64,000 nucleotides of DNA, from contig OZ242383.1 of NCBI GenBank assembly GCA_965209155.1, positions 384,001-448,000 of the forward strand, in the 5' to 3' direction. Position numbers and translations under genes: made by a program. Positions 19,163 through 26,955 of the stretch are shown here, piece after piece. Numbering within the stretch: the first letter of the stretch is position 1; every line of letters begins with the position of its first letter. The notes beneath the pieces were generated by a model, which had not been told where the DNA came from, made no database searches, and saw only the letters and a program-made list of their open reading frames with translations. The stretch comes from a bacterium (lineage in GTDB: Bacteria > SAR324 > NAC60-12).

Positions 19163-20248
19163 TTAACCCACAACGGTCAGGACTGTTGCCACCGGGTCCC
19201 AATAGTACGGACGATCGACATTCAACTTGTCAATCGAGAGCAGTTCGTCCTCGCTTAGCTGCCAGTCAAAGAGCGCTGCGTTCTCCGCGATGTGCTCGGC
19301 CGAGCCAGATCGAGGGATCACCGCGACGTTACGGGAAATCGTCCACTTCAGGACGACCTGATCAGGGATCTTGCCGTGTTTCTGTGCGATTGCGTCAATC
19401 AGCGTTCGACGATCGCCAGCGTCGATCAAGTGTGAGAGGAGGGAGCCGTAGCCGATCAGCGCAATTCCATGGGATTGCGCATACGCTCGCAACGACGGGG
19501 AAGAGAAGCCAGGGTGAAGCTCCAGCTGGTTGACACATGGCATTACATTCGCGTAGCTTTGCATCTGATCCAGCAGCTCGACCGGGTAGTTGGAGACTCC
19601 GATGTATTTCGCCTTGCCTTGCCGCAACGCCTTCTCCATGGCCTGCCACGCACCCTTGCGGACCGTCAGAGCATGAGCAGCCGTATTTGCCTCCTTCACT
19701 CTTTGTCGCTTGGCTTGCGCGATGAGGTCACGGATGTTGTCGCCATCAGGCAGTCGCTCTGGTCTGACAGCCTCCTCCTTGCCCTGGTAAGTGAACATCT
19801 CAAAGAAGTGGGGGACGGCTGCTGCGTTGTATTCCTCCTTGCTTGCGAATGGGGTATGGATCAGGAGCAAGTCTAGGTAGTCGACTCCAAGTTGCTTGAG
19901 CGTCAGGTCGATAGATGCCTCTTCCCCACCCTTGTCATTGAGCCCCTTGTGATCCCCTGCCGCCCAGAGGTCGTCTGAATTTGGCGGGAAAAAGGCCACT
20001 TTACTCGTAATCCACACGTCCTTACGATCCAGCCCCGACTTGCGGACCCCTTCCCCCACCTCCAACTGATTGCCGTAGAGCAACGCCGTATCAATCATCC
20101 GATAGCCTTGCTTCAGAGCTTCTACCACTGCACGGACACACCGTTCACCATCCAGCCCGGCAGTTCCAAGACCTACCTGCGGCAGCTCACCACTCTGCCC
20201 TTTCACATCGAACTTGAATGTTGGAATCTTACCTTTAAAATCTTTCAT
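19163..20248 (-). CDS. Aldo/keto reductase (copy 1)
   Basis: GLGT, IDTALLYGN, TSK, LIH tetrad, IGVSNY, NQLELHP. Confidence 0.92.
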   Translation of the reverse strand: MKDFKGKIPTFKFDVKGQSGELPQVGLGTAGLDGERCVRAVVEALKQGYRMIDTALLYGNQLEVGEGVRKSGLDRKDVWITSKVAFFPPNSDDLWAAGDHKGLNDKGGEEASIDLTLKQLGVDYLDLLLIHTPFASKEEYNAAAVPHFFEMFTYQGKEEAVRPERLPDGDNIRDLIAQAKRQRVKEANTAAHALTVRKGAWQAMEKALRQGKAKYIGVSNYPVELLDQMQSYANVMPCVNQLELHPGFSSPSLRAYAQSHGIALIGYGSLLSHLIDAGDRRTLIDAIAQKHGKIPDQVVLKWTISRNVAVIPRSGSAEHIAENAALFDWQLSEDELLSIDKLNVDRPYYWDPVATVLTVVG

Positions 20249-20327
20249 AGCTTCCTCGTGCGCTGATTTGTAAAAAGCTTCACGCGGTTGTGCTGGACGC
20301 GGTGCCAGGCCACCCAGTCTCCCAGGA

Positions 20328-20372
20328 GAACGGATTGATCAGTCTGGCGAGGAAGCCTTTTTTGCGTTTCAC
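20328..20372 (-). pseudogene. 45-bp relic of a DppC-type permease 3' end
   Basis: Encodes VKRKKGFLARLINPF; 38/45 nt identical to 62326-62370. Confidence 0.55.
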
Positions 20373-20428
20373 TACGGATTCAAATTAGCTCCCTGCCTTT
20401 TTTTTAGTTTCTGAAACAGTGTCAAGCG

Positions 20429-20947
20429 TTAACTTTTTTTATTTTTTTTATAGTTCGCTTTGAACGCTTCGTTTTCATCCCATACCTGATCCGCAATTGG
20501 GGAATTATGTCTTATATACATAATCTTTTTCACAGGTTTTATTACATTCCACACCGTTTTAGAACCCTTTTCAAAATGGAAGTGATCACCCGGATTTATT
20601 CGTATGGTTTGTCCTAAATGATCGCTGTTCCTGTCAACTTCTGTGACTTCCAATTCGCCCTCAAGTAGAAAACACATTTCATCCCATGGCCATTCGACCA
20701 GCCAACTTCCCTCAGTACACGACCAAACACCAGTCTGACATGATCCATCTTCAGATCTCCATAATATTTTTATTTCTTGCTCCGCAGATCCTGATAGTAA
20801 ATTGGCATTAGGGCCGATAGGATCAAGCACAACGGTATTCGAGTTGATTAATTTTACGCCCGAAAGCACGTCTTTAGGTAGTTCTTCACTCATTTGTTCT
20901 CTCATTTGTTCGTGTGTAGCACTTTTAATGTGCAGTGATGCAGACAC
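20429..20947 (-). CDS. Cupin-domain protein (EutQ/DUF861-like)
   Basis: TGVWSCTEG..WDEMCFLLEGEL..INPGDHFHFEKG..WNV. Confidence 0.85.
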   Translation of the reverse strand: MSASLHIKSATHEQMREQMSEELPKDVLSGVKLINSNTVVLDPIGPNANLLSGSAEQEIKILWRSEDGSCQTGVWSCTEGSWLVEWPWDEMCFLLEGELEVTEVDRNSDHLGQTIRINPGDHFHFEKGSKTVWNVIKPVKKIMYIRHNSPIADQVWDENEAFKANYKKNKKS

Positions 20948-21097
20948 AGATCACAACGACCTGCATCGGCCAGATTGGAGTTGTCAAATAACCCCCGATA
21001 CTATCTTTTCTATACTGGAACCCGTGGATCGCCTCCCAGGTCTTCAAAGCCATGCAGATCCTAGTACAGGTGCCAGGAAGTAACTGACCATAGCAAA

Positions 21098-21195
21098 TTG
21101 TTCCCATGCTTTGCGTGGGAACACGGGAATAGACGCTTCGCGTCTGACCGCAAAGCGGTCACATCTTGACATTCCCACGTGAAACATGGGAACGA
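21098..21195. repeat. Multi-hairpin REP/MITE-like palindromic element
   Basis: Terminal TTGTTCCCATG/CATGGGAACGA; internal hairpins AGACGC/GCGTCT and GACCGC/GCGGTC. Confidence 0.7.
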
Positions 21196-21217
21196 CTTAA
21201 GGTATGTTGGACATGGG

Positions 21218-22321
21218 TCAACTATTTTTGAGCCATGCAGATCCTACGGTTAGGACCGTTGCCACCGGATCAAAATAGTACGGATGATCGACATTCAACT
21301 TGTCAATCGCGAGCAGTTCGTCCTCGCTTAGCTGCCAGTCAAAGAGCGCTGCGTTCTCCGCGATGTGCTCGGTCGAGCCAGATCGAGGGATCACCGCGAC
21401 GTTACGGGAAATCGTCCACTTCAGGACGACCTGAATAGGTGTCTTGTCGTGTTTCTGTGCGATTGTGTCAATCAGTGTTCGACGATCGCCAGCGTCGATC
21501 AAGTGTGAGATGAGGGAGCCGTAGCCGATCAGCGCAATTCCATGGGATTGCGCATACGCTCGCAACGGCGGGGAAGAGAAGCCAGGGTGAAGCTCCAGCT
21601 GGTTGACACATGGCATTACATTCGCGTAGCTTTGCATCTGATCCAGCAGCTCGACTGGGTAGTTGGAGACTCCGATGTATTTCGCCTTGCCTTGCCGCAA
21701 CGCCTTCTCCATGGCCTGCCACGCACCCTTGCGGACCGTCAGAGCATGAGCAGCTGTTTTTGCCTCCTTCACTCTTTGTCGCTTGGCCTGCGTGATGAGG
21801 TCTCGGATGTTGTCGCCATCGGGCAGTCGCTCTGGTCTGACAGGCTCGTCCTTGCCCTGGTAAGTGAGAATCTCAAAGAATTGGGGGACGGCTGCTGCGT
21901 TGTATTCCTCCTTGCTTGCGAATGGGGTATGGATCAGGAGCAAGTCTACGTAGTCGACTCCAAGTTGCTTGAGCGTCAGGTCGATAGATGCCTCTTCCCC
22001 ACCCTTGTCATTGAGCCCCTGGTGATCCGCTGCCGCCCAGAGGTCGTCTGAATTTGGAGGGAAAAAGGCCACTTTACTCGTAATCCACACATCCTTACGA
22101 TCCAGCCCCGACTTGCGGACCCCTTCCCCCACCTCCAACTGATTGCCGTAGAGCAACGCCGTATCAATCACCCGATAGCCTTGCTTCAGAGCTTCTACCA
22201 CTGCACGGACACACCGCTCACCATCCAGCTCGGCAGTTCCAAGACCTACCTGCGGCAGCTCACCCCTCTGCCCTTTCACATCGAACTTGAATGTTGGAAT
22301 CTTACCTTTAAAATCTTTCAT
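21218..22321 (-). CDS. Aldo/keto reductase (copy 2)
   Basis: Near-identical paralogue of 19163-20248. Confidence 0.92.
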   Translation of the reverse strand: MKDFKGKIPTFKFDVKGQRGELPQVGLGTAELDGERCVRAVVEALKQGYRVIDTALLYGNQLEVGEGVRKSGLDRKDVWITSKVAFFPPNSDDLWAAADHQGLNDKGGEEASIDLTLKQLGVDYVDLLLIHTPFASKEEYNAAAVPQFFEILTYQGKDEPVRPERLPDGDNIRDLITQAKRQRVKEAKTAAHALTVRKGAWQAMEKALRQGKAKYIGVSNYPVELLDQMQSYANVMPCVNQLELHPGFSSPPLRAYAQSHGIALIGYGSLISHLIDAGDRRTLIDTIAQKHDKTPIQVVLKWTISRNVAVIPRSGSTEHIAENAALFDWQLSEDELLAIDKLNVDHPYYFDPVATVLTVGSAWLKNS

Positions 22322-22362
22322 AGCTTCCTCACTTTCCCGAAATTTGTTGAGCCCGCTTTTCC

Positions 22363-22441
22363 GATCGGTAGGGGCTTGATCCCCGTGTGGTGCACCCGAT
22401 CGTACTCGCCCTCAAACGTGATCTTGCGGTTGGTCCAGAGA
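22363..22441 (-). pseudogene. Fragment resembling an LLM-class flavin-dependent oxidoreductase
   Basis: LWTNRKITFEGEYDRVHHTGIKPLP. Confidence 0.4.
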
Positions 22442-22555
22442 GGGAGTGGAGACTCAACAGTTGGGACCTCTCGACCTATTAATTTAAGATTTGAGATATC
22501 AAAAAACCGATTCATTGGCTCCAGGAAAACTGGGCAATGAATCATGTACTAACAT

Positions 22556-22651
22556 AATATGCTCATGCAGCACCTCGTTGACGGGAAGCCGGACGGCATA
22601 GCCGATGTCTCGCAGCTCAGGGTAGTCGTATACCTCGGGCTTGGCAAATAC
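22556..22651 (-). mobile_element. IS1380-family transposase fragment
   Basis: VFAKPEVYDYPELRDIGYAVRLPVNEVLHEHI resembles the IS1380 AFAKPEVYEYLE..GYAIRLP segment; GC-rich patch. Confidence 0.55.
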
Positions 22652-22725
22652 CGTCCGGGGTCCCCGAAGGGCCCCGGATGCTCTCTCAACTCAGCGCTCC
22701 ACTCGCCCACGCAAGTAGCGCTACC

Positions 22726-23718
22726 TTAATTCCGCATTCCTTCTTTTATTGCTGCTTCTACCGCATCCACATTATCCTTGTTGATGTAGTAAGGCCCGGT
22801 AAAAATGTCATTAGCCGGCACGAACCCCCACTTTTTATACAGGTACAGCCAATGAATAGTCAGATAGCCCTCCAGCCATTGCTGCTGGTCAGTCATTCCC
22901 AGCATTTCTCCCTTTTTGACCGCCTCCATGACATCTTCTCCCATGTCGAAAGTGATATTCGAGACTTTATCAATTAAGCCCTCCTCCTTGAAGAAATCCC
23001 TGGCAACTTCATTATAAAGGTAGTACGAGGACGTGGTTACAAATCCGTCGGTCTCGGGATGTCTCGTCCAATGAGCGCGATACTTTTCCAAGTTTTCGGT
23101 AGGGTTCTGGTTTATTGCGATAACGGTGACTTTCACACCTCGCGGTTCCAAAATATCCTTAACGCCCGCAACTCGCGCCTCAAGCATACTCAAGCCAGGC
23201 ATTTGGTTTGCGACCAACACATGTTTAATCCCGGGCCGAGCCTTGAGCAACTCCTTGGCGACTACTTGACCGGCAAGTCTTGAGTTTTCACCGACGTAAA
23301 ACAGGTACGGGATTTTTTCTCCCTCTGGACTAAAGTCTTTGGCGTTGGCAGCTATTACCGGTATTCCTCTATTAATTGCCCTCATGGCGGGCCCTTCAAT
23401 TAAGGCTTTGTTGCTGATAGCTATCACCAAACCGTCAGGGTTTAAGGCAAGAACCTCGTCTATGCGGTTAGCCTGATCCTCATGCGATTCCTTGGGAAAC
23501 ATATGGAAAACCACCTTAACATTGTACCGTTTGCCGGCATCCAAAGCCCCTTTCTCAAGCGTAAACCAGAATGGGCCCGGCGACGACTGCATAACAAGAT
23601 GGAACTCGTACTCCGGATTCTCAGGCTCATAGGTCTTGGCAAGCGTTGAGTTGAAGGGTGCCAATACCAGCATTAAAGCTACAAACAGACCCACAAACCC
23701 TAGTTGTATTTTTTTCAT
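22726..23718 (-). CDS. Sugar ABC transporter substrate-binding protein
   Basis: Signal peptide, PFWFTLEKG, YVGENS, DQQQWLEGY; ATG 23718 after AGGAG (ORF extends to 23808 through the repeat). Confidence 0.9.
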   Translation of the reverse strand: MKKIQLGFVGLFVALMLVLAPFNSTLAKTYEPENPEYEFHLVMQSSPGPFWFTLEKGALDAGKRYNVKVVFHMFPKESHEDQANRIDEVLALNPDGLVIAISNKALIEGPAMRAINRGIPVIAANAKDFSPEGEKIPYLFYVGENSRLAGQVVAKELLKARPGIKHVLVANQMPGLSMLEARVAGVKDILEPRGVKVTVIAINQNPTENLEKYRAHWTRHPETDGFVTTSSYYLYNEVARDFFKEEGLIDKVSNITFDMGEDVMEAVKKGEMLGMTDQQQWLEGYLTIHWLYLYKKWGFVPANDIFTGPYYINKDNVDAVEAAIKEGMRN

Positions 23719-23858
23719 TTTTTTCTCCTTTGTTTTAGATTCCGGGGATGGACTTACTCCATTCCCAAGTTGTATTTTATTCATTTTTTTCTGTTGTATT
23801 TTATTCATTTTTTTCTCCTGTATTTTAGATTCTGGGGACGGACTTACTCCATTCCCAA
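23703..23858. repeat. Tandem repeat of the translation-start region
   Basis: 66-bp units 23703-23768 and 23793-23858 (61/66 identical) plus a 24-bp partial copy between them. Confidence 0.9.
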
Positions 23859-23941
23859 TTTAAGTTTCATGTTTTGTAACTCATTATCGCTATATCACCT
23901 CCTTCCCTTTTCCAGAATAAGCTATCGGAGACGCCCCCTCA

Positions 23942-24721
23942 CTAGTCTATCTCAGCGACCCCGCTGACAATGAACTCTGAGAGTTCATCAAATGTTTTTT
24001 CAGCCTTGGAGAATGAGCCGGCTAACCTTCCGTGAGACAGAACGGTAAAACGGTCCGCAATCGGATAGACATGATGCATATTATGCACAATCAGGATCAC
24101 CGACACACCCTCCTCCCGGGCTCTCTTTATCATTTCCAGTACCTTTGCCGTCTCCTTCAATCCCAGAGCAGCGAACGGCTCGTCCAGGATCAGTAATTTC
24201 GTCTCAAAGTAGATTGCCCGGGAGAGGGCGATGGCTTGGCGTTCGCCACCGGATAGCTTGGCGGCGAATTCGTCGACAGACCTCACAGTAATCCCGGTTT
24301 TTTCTAGTGCCTTTCTCGTTTCGCTGCGCGCCTTGCCTATCTGAAGGAAGCGAAAAGGCCCTATCTGTGAGCAAACAGCTTCTTCTCGCCCAAGGAACAT
24401 ATTGCGGTATATACTGAGGGTGTCAACGAGTCCCAGATCCTGGTAGACCGTGGAAATGCCGCGATCCATGGCATCGTGGGGACTATGTAAACTGATGGGC
24501 TGCCCTTCCCACAGTAACTGGCCCTCATTCGGAGAGTGAACACCAGTAAGCACTTTGATTAAAGTTGACTTTCCGGCACCATTATCCCCAAGGAGGCCGA
24601 CAATCTCAGCCTGACCATCCCGCCCTATCTGAAAGTCAACCCCGTCCAAAGCATGTATGGGACCAAAACGCTTGACAATGTTCCGTCCCTCAAACAGCCA
24701 ATCTCCTTTATTATTACTCAT
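23942..24721 (-). CDS. Sugar ABC transporter ATP-binding protein
   Basis: GDNGAGKS, LSGGERQ, ILDEP. Confidence 0.93.
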   Translation of the reverse strand: MSNNKGDWLFEGRNIVKRFGPIHALDGVDFQIGRDGQAEIVGLLGDNGAGKSTLIKVLTGVHSPNEGQLLWEGQPISLHSPHDAMDRGISTVYQDLGLVDTLSIYRNMFLGREEAVCSQIGPFRFLQIGKARSETRKALEKTGITVRSVDEFAAKLSGGERQAIALSRAIYFETKLLILDEPFAALGLKETAKVLEMIKRAREEGVSVILIVHNMHHVYPIADRFTVLSHGRLAGSFSKAEKTFDELSEFIVSGVAEID

Positions 24722-25694
24722 TCCGCCCCCCCAAAGCTCGCTTTTGAGAGGTGATGTTAACTGTAACCGCAATTAATATTACCATTCCCACGGCTCCTTG
24801 ATAATAATAGCCAGGCACTCCCGAGAGGCTCAAGCCATTCTGGATGATGGCAAGCAGGAACACCCCAGACACGACGCCCATAACTGAGCCATAGCCGCCG
24901 GACAATCGGGTGCCCCCCATCACCACCATAGCAATCGCAAACATCTCTGTCAGGAAACCGCGCCCAGAGTGTATCGCCGAGAACCGCGTCAGTTGTGCCA
25001 GACCCGCCAGGGTAGCCAGCCCAGAACACAGACCGAACAATATCACCTTAACACGGTCGACGGGCACTCCCGCTTGTATAGCCGCCTGCTTATTTCCCCC
25101 GGTGGCGAAGATCCAATTGCCGAAGCGCGTCCTATGTAAAATGAAGAAAAGAATAACCGTCACCCCGAGGAACCATAGAGTCGTCATCCATAAACCACTC
25201 TCAAACCGATAATTGAAAATCTTAAAAAAGGGATCCTTCCGATTTACATATACAGGCGCTTCAACCATTGCATAATTTATCCCTCGCAAAAACATCATCG
25301 TACCCAGTGTAATAACGAAAGCATGAACACGAAATTTGACGACGGCAAAACCTTGCGCAACCCCAATGGCTACCCCCATAATGAGCACCACGCCCATGGC
25401 AATCGGGGACGCGACGCCAGCTTTCATCATCAGTGCCGCGCATATCGAAGTAAATCCCCACACTGATCCCACCGAGAGGTCAAACTCGCCGGCAATCATG
25501 AGAAGACCGACGCCTAAAGCGACGATTCCCACTTCAGATGCCAGAGTCAGCATGGAGATGGTTGACCTGGCTGTCATGAAGTGATCTGTCCCCAATGCGA
25601 AGCCGAGATACACAGCCAGGACGGCAACAAAGGCTCCTCCCTCGGGGTGGTTAGCCAGAAATTCTTTAAGACGAACAATCGAAGAATTTAACAT
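24714..25694 (-). CDS. Sugar ABC transporter permease
   Basis: GEFDLSVGS, TRFGNWIFATGGN..AAIQAGVPV, GGT.L.GG.G. Confidence 0.93.
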   Translation of the reverse strand: MLNSSIVRLKEFLANHPEGGAFVAVLAVYLGFALGTDHFMTARSTISMLTLASEVGIVALGVGLLMIAGEFDLSVGSVWGFTSICAALMMKAGVASPIAMGVVLIMGVAIGVAQGFAVVKFRVHAFVITLGTMMFLRGINYAMVEAPVYVNRKDPFFKIFNYRFESGLWMTTLWFLGVTVILFFILHRTRFGNWIFATGGNKQAAIQAGVPVDRVKVILFGLCSGLATLAGLAQLTRFSAIHSGRGFLTEMFAIAMVVMGGTRLSGGYGSVMGVVSGVFLLAIIQNGLSLSGVPGYYYQGAVGMVILIAVTVNITSQKRALGGRNE

Positions 25695-25717
25695 GAATTT
25701 ACGCTCCTTCTGCTTAT

Positions 25718-26701
25718 TTACTCACCACGAATCCCCAGAACGCGCCTATACACGCTGGTGTTAATGATAACCGAGACCACTATTAGAACCCCCAACATTG
25801 CTTCAAAGAGCATGGTGGGAAAGTCCGTCAGAACCAAGCCGGTTCTGATTATGGTAATCACGATCACCCCAAAAACGGTCCCCAAAACTGAGCCGAAGCC
25901 TCCCGTCAATAGAGTGCCACCGATCACAATCGCAGCGATCGCCCGAAATTCCATAAATTCCCCGCGCAGCGGGTCCACAGCGCCGAACCGCGTCCCTTGA
26001 ATGATGCCCGCCAGGCTGACCAGTCCGGACGTCAGACCGAACAGCATCAACTTGACACGGTTGACGGGCACTCCCGCTTGTATAGCCGCCGTCTTATTTC
26101 CCCCGGTGGCGAAGATCCAGTTGCCGAAGCGCGTCCTATGTAAAATGAAGAAAAGAATAATCGCCACCCCGACGAACCATAGAACCGAAATGTTAATTCC
26201 ATTCTCAAACCGATACGCGAAAATCTGGAAGAAGGGGTCCTTATGATCTGGTGATACCGGGAACCCTTCCGTTATTGCCAGTACGACTCCCCGCCAGAAC
26301 ATCATCGCCGCCAGCGTAACAATGAAAGACGGAACACCTAATTTGACGACGGCAAGACCATGCAGAAGCCCAATGGCTACCCCTATGATGAGCGTCATGA
26401 CCGCAGCAATCGGGGCCGGGAGGCCAGCGTTCACCATCAATATCAACAGAACGCCACTCAATGCCAATACTGATCCCACCGAGAGGTCAAACTCGCCGCC
26501 AATCATGAGAAGAGTGAAGCCCATAGCGACGATTCCCCATTCAGCCCCTATAAACATCATGTTGGTCAGTGTGTGGGATGTTAGGAAGTTTTCTGCCCAC
26601 AATGAGAAGAAGCCAAACATCACCAAAGTGGCAACGCCTGCTCCGGCTTCGGGGTGCTTCGTAAAAAGCCCTCTGAGACGATCTAAGATAGATTTTGGCA
26701 A
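25718..26701 (-). CDS. Sugar ABC transporter permease
   Basis: Same motifs; TTG 26701 follows AGGAG. Confidence 0.9.
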   Translation of the reverse strand: MPKSILDRLRGLFTKHPEAGAGVATLVMFGFFSLWAENFLTSHTLTNMMFIGAEWGIVAMGFTLLMIGGEFDLSVGSVLALSGVLLILMVNAGLPAPIAAVMTLIIGVAIGLLHGLAVVKLGVPSFIVTLAAMMFWRGVVLAITEGFPVSPDHKDPFFQIFAYRFENGINISVLWFVGVAIILFFILHRTRFGNWIFATGGNKTAAIQAGVPVNRVKLMLFGLTSGLVSLAGIIQGTRFGAVDPLRGEFMEFRAIAAIVIGGTLLTGGFGSVLGTVFGVIVITIIRTGLVLTDFPTMLFEAMLGVLIVVSVIINTSVYRRVLGIRGE

Positions 26702-26775
26702 GGTTACGCTCCTTATTAAATCAGGGACCTCTCCCTTCCTCAGCGGAAAGAATTGATTTGTGTGAATAGTATTAG

Positions 26776-26790
26776 GCAATGATAGTGCCA
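26776..26790 (-). promoter_or_regulatory. Sigma54 -24/-12 promoter of the sugar ABC operon
   Basis: TGGCAC-TATCA-TTGC on the minus strand, ~75 bp before the first permease start. Confidence 0.8.
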
Positions 26791-26878
26791 AAACGGCGTG
26801 GGATAGTCTAAGTGACTGAATTCACTAGAATAATTGATTGACAGAGGAAGTTTCGACAGGTTTTGAAAAGATCGCGAA

Positions 26879-26900
26879 GTGGGGCCAAATGGCCCCATAC
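26879..26900. promoter_or_regulatory. Candidate upstream activator site (palindrome)
   Basis: TGGGGCCA-AA-TGGCCCCA about 100 bp upstream of the -24 box. Confidence 0.45.
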
Positions 26901-26955
26901 TACCGTAGATTTTTAGGGTAACCTACTGAAATTTAAGGAAAAATTAAAACTGGGG

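Noticed and set aside
19118..20432. 10-bp inverted repeat AACGCTTGAC/GTCAAGCGTT around AKR copy 1 as transposon ends
   Set aside because: Too short, does not extend, and no target duplication seen.
19163..22321. AKR copies as a DGR template/variable pair
   Set aside because: Differences involve all bases and span two whole genes.
23703..23858. Possible CRISPR array
   Set aside because: The units are copies of the RBS/start region, without unique spacers.
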